A DNA stretch of 64,000 nucleotides from Polyangiales bacterium (GCA_038230375.1 JBBRNJ010000024.1:40529-104528); one strand, 5' to 3'. Positions 48,018-57,466 are shown, numbered from the stretch's first letter. Made by a program: numbers and translations. Notes: generated by a model from the letters alone, not told the origin.

Positions 48018-49099
48018 CTGCGCCGCGCACGCGTTCGCGGCCCGTCGCGCTCGTCTCGCTCGCCTCGCTCCTGCTGGTTGCGCTTGCCGGCTGCAACGCG
48101 CTGCTTGGCAACGGCTATCCTCCGGATGGCGACGGGGACGTGACCATCGATGCGGGCACGGACGCGGCCACCGCGAAGCCGGACACCGGTCCCCTGGCAA
48201 TGGATGCGGGGGACGGGAGCTCCGCCGACTCCGGGACGATCGTCCTTGCGAGCGTGGAAGCGCCCGAGCATATCGCCGTCAACCAGGGCATCGTCTTCTG
48301 GACGAGCGACTCGTCCCTCGGGCGCATAGAAGCAGACGGCACCGTGCTTGCGAAGCCCACGTTCCTTGCGGGCACCGGGCCCTACCCGCTGGCGCTCGGC
48401 GGCGGCTCGACCGTGTATGTCGGCGGCGCGTTCAACGGATTTCTCCAGGTTGTAGTCTGCACGATCGACCTCGCGACCTGCACTTCGTTTCGCGCGTTCG
48501 GAGGCCACACCACCGCCACTGGAATCGTGGCCAACGCCGCATCGGCCTACGTCGCGACCCAGAGCGCCCTTCTCGCCGTGCTCGCGAACGGCACCACGGC
48601 GTGGACGAGCCTTGCTGCGGCGTCCGCCATCGCGGACGACCAGGGACGGATCTACGTGACCGACGTTCCGCAGCGCGACGTGCCGATCCATGATGAGGCG
48701 AACGGCGTGATCCTGGGGCTCAGCCCCAAAGTGGGTGGCGCGCTGCTCGCGATCGACTTGGGCGGCGGCACGCTGGCGATGACCACCCTCGACGGGGGAG
48801 TGTACACATGCGCCACGACCGCCATGCCGGACGGCGGCGTGACGTTGATCGCCGCCGCATCGAACCCGGTCGCCGTACGGGTCGACGCCACGCACGTGTA
48901 CTGGGTGGAGGACAGCGCCGCAGACGGCGGCACCGTGCGTCGCTGCCCCCTTGCAGGCTGCAGCGCGGGCGGACCAGAGATCCTCGCGTCCGGTCAGAAG
49001 CACCCACGCGATCTCGTCCTCGAAGGTGCGTTCGTCTACTGGGCAAACAAGGGCGACGGCACCCCAGGGACCGGAGCCATCATGAAGCGCCCCAAGTGA
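48014..49099 (+). CDS. Paralogous beta-propeller lipoprotein
   Basis: AGCNALLGNGY; VFWT/VYWV/VYWA repeats; ATGA overlap. Confidence 0.8.
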   Translation: MTAPRTRSRPVALVSLASLLLVALAGCNALLGNGYPPDGDGDVTIDAGTDAATAKPDTGPLAMDAGDGSSADSGTIVLASVEAPEHIAVNQGIVFWTSDSSLGRIEADGTVLAKPTFLAGTGPYPLALGGGSTVYVGGAFNGFLQVVVCTIDLATCTSFRAFGGHTTATGIVANAASAYVATQSALLAVLANGTTAWTSLAAASAIADDQGRIYVTDVPQRDVPIHDEANGVILGLSPKVGGALLAIDLGGGTLAMTTLDGGVYTCATTAMPDGGVTLIAAASNPVAVRVDATHVYWVEDSAADGGTVRRCPLAGCSAGGPEILASGQKHPRDLVLEGAFVYWANKGDGTPGTGAIMKRPK

Positions 49100-49132
49100 A
49101 CCGCTGAAATGAGGCATCGCTGACAGCGATCT

Positions 49133-49258
49133 GAGGTCGAGGTCGAGGTCGAGGTCGAGGTCGAGGTCGAGGTCGAGGTCGAAGTCGAGGTCGAGGTCGA
49201 AGTCGAGGTCGAAGTCGAGGTCCACGTCGCGGTCGACGTCGCGGTCGCGGTCGACGTG
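49133..49258. repeat. Hexanucleotide tandem repeat (GAGGTC)n, 21 units
   Basis: Eight perfect units, then GAAGTC/GAGGTC mixed, degenerating to CACGTC/GCGGTC/GACGTC; intergenic. Confidence 0.95.
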
Positions 49259-49289
49259 GGGCTCCCCTCGCGGTCTCCGTTTCTTTTGG

Positions 49290-49372
49290 GTACACCTACC
49301 AGGTGTACTTTTGGCGGAAAATCCCATCGTTTGGCCCGTTTTCTTGATTTGGTGTTCACCTCGTAGGTGTAC
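49290..49372. promoter_or_regulatory. Two copies of the palindrome GTWCACCT-N3-AGGTGTAC
   Basis: 49290-49308 GTACACCT-ACC-AGGTGTAC; 49354-49372 GTTCACCT-CGT-AGGTGTAC; 64 bp apart in a locally AT-richer segment. Confidence 0.65.
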
Positions 49373-49523
49373 GTCTCGTGGGGAGCTTTTCGACGGGGCA
49401 CACCTGCCTGTCGGCGCCGGCGGCACCACGCGGGGTGTGCGCCAGCTATCCCGAGATCGTGCATTTTCAGCAGAAGCGGTAGCCGCTGGATTCGCGCGCC
49501 GCTCATGCGCTACGATTCGTGGG

Positions 49524-50615
49524 GTGGGTGAGCCGATCCGCTGGCACGCGCTGCCGAAGCAACCAACGCGATGGATCTGGAGCCCAGCTGTGGACCTCCT
49601 GCTCATCGCAGGCGTCGGGTCCGTGGCTTTTGCCGTGCTCGCAGGTCTGGCGACCGCGGCGTTCCGTCCGTCCGCCGGGCTGATCGTCATCGCCTTCCTC
49701 CATCTAGGTGTATTGTGCAACTATCCACACTACGCCGCCACGTACTCCCTGGTGGTGAAGGAGCGCCGTGAGAAGCCACACGTCTTCAACGCGCTCATCC
49801 TTGCATCGCTGGTGATGATCGGCGTCGTGCTGTTCGGCGCGGTGCGGCCCGACCTGGTGCTGCGGCCGCTGGTGACGCTCTACCTGTGCTGGTCGGCGCA
49901 TCACTACGCCGCGCAGCACTTTGGCGTGGCCTCCATGTATGCACACCGCCGCGGCGCGCCGCTCACGGGTACTTCTCGCTCGCTGGCGCAGCTCGCATTC
50001 CTTCTGGTGGGCGTCTTCCTGATGCTGGTCATCGTGGACGACAGCCGGGCGTTCCAGGTGGCCGATGACGCACGCTCCATTCCGCTCGAGATCCTCCCGG
50101 GCCTTGGCTATCCGCTCGCGCTGTGTGTCGGCGTCGTTGCGATCGCATCGTTCGGCGCCAGCGACTACCTGGCGCGACGAAAGGGCGGCCGCGGACTTTC
50201 GCCCATGGTGTGGGTGCTCTTCGGGACCAACGTGGCGTGGTTCATCGTGCCGCGCCTGCGGCTCCCCGGCGCGACCGCTCCGTGGACAGGAGATCTTGCG
50301 ATCTGGCTTCCGTTCGCGATCCCGTTCTTTCATTGCACCCAGTACCTGGCCGTGTGCGGCTGGCGCGAGCGCGCGAAGACGGAGGTGCGCCCCGTGTTCT
50401 GGTTCATGGGACTCGTGGGCGTGGGGCTCCTCCTCTTCGAAGGCGTGGCCCGCGCGCTGCCGCATGTGACCCCGCTCGACGAGAACGGCGCGTTCATCCT
50501 GGTGCCAGCCGCGCTGAACGTGCACCACTTCTGGGTGGACGGGCGGATCTGGAAACGCCCGAAATCCCCCGCGGCACGTCACTTTGAATCGGGTGGATCG
50601 ACCACGCTGAGATAG
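49524..50615 (+). CDS. Polytopic membrane protein with His motifs (putative metal enzyme)
   Basis: NYPHYAAT, HHYAAQHFG, FHCTQY, NVHHFWVDGRIWK; about 8 TM. Confidence 0.75.
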   Translation: MGEPIRWHALPKQPTRWIWSPAVDLLLIAGVGSVAFAVLAGLATAAFRPSAGLIVIAFLHLGVLCNYPHYAATYSLVVKERREKPHVFNALILASLVMIGVVLFGAVRPDLVLRPLVTLYLCWSAHHYAAQHFGVASMYAHRRGAPLTGTSRSLAQLAFLLVGVFLMLVIVDDSRAFQVADDARSIPLEILPGLGYPLALCVGVVAIASFGASDYLARRKGGRGLSPMVWVLFGTNVAWFIVPRLRLPGATAPWTGDLAIWLPFAIPFFHCTQYLAVCGWRERAKTEVRPVFWFMGLVGVGLLLFEGVARALPHVTPLDENGAFILVPAALNVHHFWVDGRIWKRPKSPAARHFESGGSTTLR

Positions 50616-51868
50616 CCGCATGGCGCGAGGTCCGCGAGGGTCTTCAATGGCTTGTTGCTCTCGAAGCGCTCCATCGCCGGATGGCCGACCACGATCTTGT
50701 CACCGACGAATCCAACGAAGCCGAGCTGCGGCGCGCCGGGCAGGGGAGCGGGGAGCTGCACCTTGTCTGTCGTGCTCCCTTGCGCGAGCAGGATGGTGCC
50801 GTTCCCATCGTCCCACGCGACGCGTCCATGGGGATCCACGTCGCGATGCGTCGGATCTCCGTCGACGTCCGTCACCTTCTGCCAGGTCGTAGTGTCGTAG
50901 ACCGTCACGCGATTGTGTTGCGGGTTCTCCACCATCAGGGCGAGGTACCGTTCATCGGCGGATAGCTCGGAGAGGCTTGCGCTGATCACGTTTGCGGCGA
51001 CGCACACCTGCTCCTTCTCGACGTAGTGCTGAGTGTCGATTCGCGTGATGCAGATCCGCGTGGGTCTGCGCTTGATGCCGTTGGTCTCCACGGCGAGAGC
51101 ACCGCCGTCCGCGAGCGGATGGAGATCGCCCGCCGCCATCTCGTTGCTGCGTTTGCCGCTTATGGCGTGGAGCTTTCCGGTGTCCAGGTCGATGACATGC
51201 GGTCGATACGTGCCGGCTCCGAGGCTCACGATCACGTGCGCGCCATCAGCGAGCACTGGATTTCGTCCAACGCGATCGCCCACCCGTGTCCACGTGCTCT
51301 TCCCGTCCTTCGCCCAGTAGATCTGGTTGTTCGCTTCCAGCACCGCGCTCTTGCCATCTGCGCTGAAGGCGATGGGGGCTGCGCCGGGGCCGAACGCGAG
51401 CGACAGCGCGCGGGCGTGCTCGAGCTCCACCGCCATCGTGGGCGCGGCGAGCACTTCGAGCGCCGACCGTACGCTTCCTGTCGCCGCCGCACGGCCGAGC
51501 GTGGGAAAGTCGTACGTCTCCGTCATGCAGCCTTTACGCAGATCGATCCGCGCAAGATAGGACGTGACGGCGCGAACCTGATGACCGGTGCGCGGCTCCA
51601 CGTAGTCGATCATCCCGGTGACGGTGACCAGCGCCTCGTTTCCCCTTGAAGCAACGAGGTGAAAGGCATCCGGTGCCGTCAGCGTGAGATCGACCTCCTT
51701 CGGCCAGGTGGGCGTGGGCGGGGGCGCAGCGTCCGCAGCGTCGAGAGGTGATGCGTCCTCCACATGGCCGGGAGCCACGGGTGCCGAGCGCGATGCACAC
51801 GACCCCACCACCCACGCCGAGCCCAAGGCCAGCATCAGGAAGAGGATGCGGTGCGCCGCGCGCGTCAT
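50579..51868 (-). CDS. Beta-propeller-like lipoprotein
   Basis: VGSC lipobox; AFSADGK and LSADERY WD/TolB-like repeats. Confidence 0.7.
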   Translation of the reverse strand: MTRAAHRILFLMLALGSAWVVGSCASRSAPVAPGHVEDASPLDAADAAPPPTPTWPKEVDLTLTAPDAFHLVASRGNEALVTVTGMIDYVEPRTGHQVRAVTSYLARIDLRKGCMTETYDFPTLGRAAATGSVRSALEVLAAPTMAVELEHARALSLAFGPGAAPIAFSADGKSAVLEANNQIYWAKDGKSTWTRVGDRVGRNPVLADGAHVIVSLGAGTYRPHVIDLDTGKLHAISGKRSNEMAAGDLHPLADGGALAVETNGIKRRPTRICITRIDTQHYVEKEQVCVAANVISASLSELSADERYLALMVENPQHNRVTVYDTTTWQKVTDVDGDPTHRDVDPHGRVAWDDGNGTILLAQGSTTDKVQLPAPLPGAPQLGFVGFVGDKIVVGHPAMERFESNKPLKTLADLAPCGYLSVVDPPDSK

Positions 51869-51946
51869 CGGAAGCATGTTCGCACGACCGACGGCCCGGT
51901 GCGGTGCGGGGTTCGGTGGCCCGGAAGTTGCTCGAGGTGGCGCGAC

Positions 51947-52471
51947 ATGAAAAATGGGGTCGATCTGCGTGCCGCCGCGTGCCAATTCAAGCTCCTGCGT
52001 GTCATCGCGATCATGGCGGGGATGATCGGATGCGGAGGGGCCATCGCGCCCACCGCTGCCGATGAGGGCGACACGAAGAGCGCAGGGTCATGTCCGACCG
52101 GGAGCTGCGCAGGCGACGAAGACGCGAGTCCATCCACCACGACCGCGGACGCCAGCGTGGACGCAGGTGCGGACGCAATGCGGTGTGTCAGCGTCGACCC
52201 GAGCGCATTCAACCAGGCCTGCACGCAGGACGCAGACTGCGTGGCGGTGCCGGTGGGCAACATCTGCAACACGGGGTCGTGTCTGTGCGCCGCCGGCGCG
52301 CTCAACGTGAGCGACGAACAGGTCTACCGGGATCACGTCAGTCAGCTGCTCGCGACATTGTCGACTCCGCAGGCGGGCTGCGGCTGCCCGTTCTTTGGCA
52401 ACCCGAAGTGCATCGACGACATGTGCCGGACATGCGGTGGCGCGGGCCCCACGTGCCCCGACGGCGGCTGA
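51947..52471 (+). CDS. Cys-rich lipoprotein
   Basis: MIGC lipobox; CTQDADCVAV motif. Confidence 0.7.
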   Translation: MKNGVDLRAAACQFKLLRVIAIMAGMIGCGGAIAPTAADEGDTKSAGSCPTGSCAGDEDASPSTTTADASVDAGADAMRCVSVDPSAFNQACTQDADCVAVPVGNICNTGSCLCAAGALNVSDEQVYRDHVSQLLATLSTPQAGCGCPFFGNPKCIDDMCRTCGGAGPTCPDGG

Positions 52472-52508
52472 TCCCTGGTGTACGCGGAGATTCGGCTACA
52501 GTTCAGGC

Positions 52509-53825
52509 ATGGCACAGGCACCCGGGCCTCGTTCACCAGCTGTCGCGCAGACCCTCCAGTACCTGGCACGTCCGGAGCAGTTCCTGACGGACTGCCACGC
52601 ACGCTATGGCGATGTCTTCGGGATCGAGACCGTCATCTTCGGACGCGAGGTGTGCGTCGTGCGGCCGGAGCTCATCAAGCAGGTCTTCACGGGCAATCCC
52701 GACGAGCTGCGCGCTGGAGAAGCGAACGAGGCGCTCGGACCGCTGGTCGGGGACAAGAGCGTCCTCTTGCTGGACGGCAAGGAGCACCTCCGGCAGCGGC
52801 GCCTTCTCATGCCGCCGTTCCACGGTGAGCGCATGCTTGCCTATCGCGAGGCCATGCGCGAGATCACCGGTCGCACGATCGCGCGCTGGCAACCTGGCCG
52901 CACCATCGACATGCATGCAGAGATGCAGAGCATCACCATGGATGTGATCCTGCGCACGATCTTCGGCGCAGAGGACGCGCTCGCGGGCCCGCTCCGCACC
53001 AAGCTGACCGAGCTTCTCAGTCATCTGACCTCACCGCTCACCATGCTGGGCACCGTACCGGCGATGCGGAAGGACCTGTTCGGGCTGTCGCCCTGGGCGC
53101 GCTTCCAGCGCTCGATCAAGGGCGTGAATGCGCTCATCTACGAGCAGATCGCGCAACGACGCGCCGCCCTCGCGACGGACGCACAGCCAGGAGTGGACGT
53201 GCTGACCATGCTGCTCTCCGCCCGCGACGAGGACGGGAATCCGATGAGTGACGTAGAGCTTCGCGACGAGCTCGTCACGCTGCTGGTCGCTGGCCACGAG
53301 ACGACCGCCACGGAGCTCGCGTGGGCGTTCGATCTGATATTGCGCGACCGCAGCGTGCGCACGCGCCTGGTCACGGAGATAGAGACCGCTCGCGGCGACA
53401 CCGATCGCATGCCGTACCTGGATGCCACCATCAAGGAGGTGCTGAGGCTCTGCCCCGTCATCCCCGCCGTGGGTCGCATGGTGAAGAAGCCGCTATCGCT
53501 CGGTGGCTTCGACATCCCGGAAGGCACCCTTGTGGTTCCGGGCGTGTGGCTCACGCACCGCCTGCCGGACGTGTACCCGGAGCCGTTGCAGTTCCGCCCG
53601 GAGCGCTTCCTGGATGCAAAGCCGGATCCGTACTCCTATCTGCCGTTCGGCGGTGGCATCCGGCGCTGCATCGGGCTCGCGTTCGCGCAGTTCGAGATGA
53701 AGATCGTGCTGTCCACGGTCCTGTCCACGGTCCGCCTGCGTCCGCTCGACAAAGACCGCGCGCGCGTGGCGCTGCGTGGGTTCACACACGCTCCAAAAGG
53801 CGGCGTGCCCGTGATGCTCGACTGA
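52509..53825 (+). CDS. Cytochrome P450
   Basis: AGHETT, EVLR, PERF, FGGGIRRCIG. Confidence 0.95.
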   Translation: MAQAPGPRSPAVAQTLQYLARPEQFLTDCHARYGDVFGIETVIFGREVCVVRPELIKQVFTGNPDELRAGEANEALGPLVGDKSVLLLDGKEHLRQRRLLMPPFHGERMLAYREAMREITGRTIARWQPGRTIDMHAEMQSITMDVILRTIFGAEDALAGPLRTKLTELLSHLTSPLTMLGTVPAMRKDLFGLSPWARFQRSIKGVNALIYEQIAQRRAALATDAQPGVDVLTMLLSARDEDGNPMSDVELRDELVTLLVAGHETTATELAWAFDLILRDRSVRTRLVTEIETARGDTDRMPYLDATIKEVLRLCPVIPAVGRMVKKPLSLGGFDIPEGTLVVPGVWLTHRLPDVYPEPLQFRPERFLDAKPDPYSYLPFGGGIRRCIGLAFAQFEMKIVLSTVLSTVRLRPLDKDRARVALRGFTHAPKGGVPVMLD

Positions 53826-54434
53826 CTATGTGCAGCCGGGGTCCGTCGGGGCGCAGAACTGCACGCTCACGCGATCGGCGGCAGTGGTGCCGTTGTCATC
53901 CGTCGCCGTCACGGACACGCCGGAGATGCCGTTGGAGGTCGCGAACGTGAACGTCGCAGTTTCGCCCTGGGCGAGCTGGGGCCCTGCGCTCCATTCAAAC
54001 GTGATCTTCGATCCAGTCGGCGACGTGGCGGTCGCGTGAAACGTGATTGGCCGGCCGTAGGGAATCTTCAGCACGCCACCGTCGTCGTGGGTGGGCTGGT
54101 CGATCACCACATGCGGCCTCGGATCTATGCACGGTCCATTCGGGCTCCCGCCCTTGGGGCACGACGTGCCGGCTGCGCACTGACTGCAGGGGCCCTCACA
54201 CCGCTGCGACGAGCCAATGCCCAGGATGCCGTCGTCGTAGTGGCAGGTCCACCCCGACTCACAGTCGCCATCTCTCTTGCAGTTGCTGCCACCGCAATAG
54301 CCGGTCGTACAGATCTTGCTCCTGCAGTCGTCGTTGGAACCGCACGCGCTCCCGTCGGACTTCGGCGTCAGGAACGTGCAAGCCATCAGCGCGACCATGC
54401 ACGTCACGATGAACGAACGAACTGTAGATCGCAT
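53826..54434 (-). CDS. Cys-rich lipoprotein with a C-terminal PKD/Ig-like domain
   Basis: LMAC lipobox; CGSNDDCRSKIC; ITFEW...VSVTATDDNG. Confidence 0.75.
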   Translation of the reverse strand: MRSTVRSFIVTCMVALMACTFLTPKSDGSACGSNDDCRSKICTTGYCGGSNCKRDGDCESGWTCHYDDGILGIGSSQRCEGPCSQCAAGTSCPKGGSPNGPCIDPRPHVVIDQPTHDDGGVLKIPYGRPITFHATATSPTGSKITFEWSAGPQLAQGETATFTFATSNGISGVSVTATDDNGTTAADRVSVQFCAPTDPGCT

Positions 54435-54553
54435 GGGCCTCCACCGGGAGCAGTGCCACGACAGACGCATGATCAGACAGTCAGTAGGTCGATTTCCTCG
54501 CGCAGTTGCCTCCCCGCGCTCCGCCTGAGTCGCCAGTGTGCGAGAATGGGGTG

Positions 54554-55159
54554 ATGGACCTGCGGCATGGATCGATCGCAGGCGCTCTCGTCTTCTTGCT
54601 GAGCGCTGCGTGTCATCGCGGAGAGGGCGTGACCGCCGATGGCACGCAGACATCGGCGCCGGTCACGGTCACGGCGGAGGGCGGGACTGCAACACCAAGG
54701 AGCGTGTCCTTGTCGACCACGCCGCACCCGCTCATCGATGGGGGCGCCGTGTTGGGTTGTCGAGCGAGCTACAACTGCGGGCTCAGTCATCCGGGCCTCG
54801 GCTCGAGCTCCAACGAGACGGCGGTCGACCTCACGACGTGCACGAAGACCGTGTCGAGCGAGAGCGGGCCGTGGGAGTCGACCCGACTGCCCCCCGGCCA
54901 GGTCGATCCGCAACGGAAGAGCAAGCGCGAGGCGACCAAGATCGACAAGGCGGTGTGCGCGCGCGTGGGCGTGCTCGCCGCGGCCGTGACCGACGCCGAC
55001 ACGCGCGATCAGGAGGCCGCGCACATGGATTCGACGGCGTGCTCGCTGCGGCTCACGTGCGGTGCCGAAGCCGCGCAGATCTACACGGTTCAGCGGCAGA
55101 CGCTGACCGGCAGTGGCCACGTGGTGGAGCTGATTCGCGCCATCCAAACGGCGCAATGA
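54554..55159 (+). CDS. Hypothetical lipoprotein
   Basis: SAAC lipobox; six further Cys. Confidence 0.65.
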   Translation: MDLRHGSIAGALVFLLSAACHRGEGVTADGTQTSAPVTVTAEGGTATPRSVSLSTTPHPLIDGGAVLGCRASYNCGLSHPGLGSSSNETAVDLTTCTKTVSSESGPWESTRLPPGQVDPQRKSKREATKIDKAVCARVGVLAAAVTDADTRDQEAAHMDSTACSLRLTCGAEAAQIYTVQRQTLTGSGHVVELIRAIQTAQ

Positions 55160-55297
55160 GCGTCAGTGACCCCCGGATCGTTTCGGGTCGCCTGAGCTCG
55201 AACGAAAGAACACGGAGTGCCGCCCTTTTGTGCGGTATGCTCCAGCTAGTGGTGCGGGGCTCGTGAGGGCGCCACAAAAAAGCCGGGGAGAATGCAC

Positions 55298-56041
55298 ATG
55301 AAACTGTCTTCGCGTCATGTCGTGCTCGTGTCGTCACTCGCGCTCTGCGGCGCCGGTTTTTGGGTCGGCTGCGGCGGTGACTCTTCCAGTGGCAGCGTTG
55401 GGTCGGGAACGGACTCAGGCATCTCGCCCACGACGGACTCCGGCACGTCGAACCCCGGCACTGATGCTGGCGGAGCAGGCGATGACTCAGGCTCGAATCC
55501 CGGCGTTGACGCTGGAACGACGGACGCGGCCACCGGCGACGGCGCCCCCCCCGCAAACTGCAAGGACTACTGCACGTTGATGCAAGCGACGTGCGTGAGT
55601 GCAAGCGCGAACGGCCAGTACATCGATCAAGCCACGTGCGAAAAGATGTGCGCCAAGTTCCCCCCGGGTGACGCAGGTGCAACCGCCGGAAACAATTTCG
55701 CGTGTCACGCCTACCACGCGAGCGTGGCAGCCCAGAGCGGAGCCAACGCGACGATCCATTGCCCGCACGCCGGTCCGTATGGCTACGGTGGATGCGGCTC
55801 CGAGACCGAGAACTTCTGCTTCATGTACAACGCGCAGTGCACCGGCGGCGGCAACTACGGCGGCAACTGCCCGACCACGTTTGGAACGGTGGTCGACACC
55901 ACGGACTCCGGTAGCTTCCTTCCCGGCACCGGCCCGCGCGACTGCCGCGAGTATCACCTGGAAAATGCCTACTCGGGCAATGTGACCACCGGCAGCCACT
56001 GCGACCACGCAGCGAAGGGCGGCGGCGGCGTCTGTCCCTGA
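55298..56041 (+). CDS. Lipoprotein with a duplicated C-x2-YH...HC-x-HA domain
   Basis: WVGC lipobox; SD GGGGAG; ACHAYH...HCPHAGPYG and DCREYH...HCDHAAKGGGGVC. Confidence 0.8.
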   Translation: MKLSSRHVVLVSSLALCGAGFWVGCGGDSSSGSVGSGTDSGISPTTDSGTSNPGTDAGGAGDDSGSNPGVDAGTTDAATGDGAPPANCKDYCTLMQATCVSASANGQYIDQATCEKMCAKFPPGDAGATAGNNFACHAYHASVAAQSGANATIHCPHAGPYGYGGCGSETENFCFMYNAQCTGGGNYGGNCPTTFGTVVDTTDSGSFLPGTGPRDCREYHLENAYSGNVTTGSHCDHAAKGGGGVCP

Positions 56042-56059
56042 CCGTGTTGTGTTGGAAAG

Positions 56060-56085
56060 CCCCACCGCCACAGCGCGCGGTGGGG
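56060..56085 (+). terminator. GC-rich hairpin after the stop at 56041
   Basis: CCCCACCGC-N8-GCGGTGGGG; weak U tail. Confidence 0.45.
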
Positions 56086-56169
56086 TGTTCGCAGCCCGAA
56101 GACGCTCAGGCATTCGATCCCCGGCCCTGAGCGAGCCCGACGTTCGTCAAAAACGTTGAACCATACGGT

Positions 56170-56481
56170 TTGGACCGCGTGTTTCATGCGCTTGCCGATC
56201 CGACGCGTCGCGCGATGCTGCGCAGTCTGAGTGACGGTGAACGCAACATCGGGGAGCTCGCGGCCCCGTTCGCGATGTCGTTCGCGGCGGCATCGAAGCA
56301 CGTGCGCGTGCTGGAGAACGCGGGCCTCCTCCAGCGTCGCGTGGAGGGACGCTCCCCCGACGGCTTCACGCTCGCGTTCCACGAGATCGACCTGCAACCT
56401 GGCGGCAAGTGGCGCATCGGCATGCGCGCGGCGGATGGCGAGCTCCACGTCTCTGCGGGATTGATGTCCGCGAACGGGTGA
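56170..56481 (+). pseudogene. ArsR N-terminus fused by deletion to an internal SRPBCC fragment
   Basis: LDRVFHALADPTRR...SKHVRVLENAGLLQRRVEGR joined to SPDGFTLAFHEIDLQPGGKWRIGMR; palindrome AACC-ATAC-GGTT at 56159-56170. Confidence 0.7.
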
Positions 56482-56577
56482 CATCGCGCGATGTCGCTTT
56501 CGCCGCGAGGTGTGACCATCCCGTCTATCTTTGGGGTGCCCGCACGTGCGGAGCGAAAACGCCTGCGGGAGTCCCAC

Positions 56578-57444
56578 ATGTCCTTTCGATCTGCTGCGTT
56601 CGTCCTCCGATCTGCCGCGCTCGTCCTGATGACCACGCTTCCCGTGATGCTGGGCGGGTGCGGAAAACTCGGCAAAGCGGCCGGAGCCGACGCCGGCGTG
56701 GCCGTTGTCACCGTGGCCGGGGGCGGCGCGACGATCACCGAGACGGTGATATGCGGAGGCAACCAGACCTTCGAGTACAAGAACCGTACGTTTGATGTCG
56801 CGAGCGGACCGGCGCTCCTTGCGGGCGGCCATTGCAAGGTGACGCTCACCGACTGCACCGTGACCGCGGCGGCGCCGGGCATGGGCATGGGGGCCATCAG
56901 CGCCGGTGCGCACGCCAGCGTCACCATGACCAATACGAAGGTCACCGGCTCCCCAGCGTTGCACGCCGGCGCGGAGGCGAGCATCGCACTGACCGGGGGC
57001 TCGCTCGAAGGCACGATCGCCCTCGACGCCGGGGGCAGGTCGCACATCACTGCCAGCGGCGTCACCATCAAAGGGGAGGTCAAGCATGGGTCCGAGGCAG
57101 TCATCGACGGGATCGCCGGCGTCAAGGGCGCCTCACAGGCCGACAGCGACCTCAAGAAGATGGCGACCGGCGGCTGCGACGGCTACTCCGACTGCTACGT
57201 CAAAGGGGGATTCGACGGTCAGGTCAACAGCAAGATGCTCGTCGAGATCGGTCCGACTGGTCACGCCACCTCTGCGAGCTACCAGGGTGGTAACGCGCCC
57301 AAGTCGGTGCAGGACTGCATGGTCGCCTTGGGCAAGACCAAGTCGGTTGCGAGCGGACCTGGGCAGCTCAAATGCGAGCTCTCGGGGACGATCTCGGGCG
57401 GGAACTCCGAGATCGATTCGTTGCCGACCTTCGTGAAGAAGTAG
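56578..57444 (+). CDS. Hypothetical lipoprotein (beta-solenoid-like N-terminus)
   Basis: LGGC lipobox; repeating AGAHASVTM / AGAEASIAL units. Confidence 0.7.
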   Translation: MSFRSAAFVLRSAALVLMTTLPVMLGGCGKLGKAAGADAGVAVVTVAGGGATITETVICGGNQTFEYKNRTFDVASGPALLAGGHCKVTLTDCTVTAAAPGMGMGAISAGAHASVTMTNTKVTGSPALHAGAEASIALTGGSLEGTIALDAGGRSHITASGVTIKGEVKHGSEAVIDGIAGVKGASQADSDLKKMATGGCDGYSDCYVKGGFDGQVNSKMLVEIGPTGHATSASYQGGNAPKSVQDCMVALGKTKSVASGPGQLKCELSGTISGGNSEIDSLPTFVKK

Positions 57445-57466
57445 GTCGGCCCAACATCTCCTGGCT

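Noticed and set aside
49036..49506. ORFs with (ST)n, (DL)n or (RP)n tracts, and a possible CRISPR
   Set aside because: Translations of the hexamer repeat; no spacers or cas genes, and no evidence of coding.
52509..53825. P450 as part of a biosynthetic gene cluster
   Set aside because: No PKS, NRPS, terpene or redox-partner genes nearby; it appears stand-alone.
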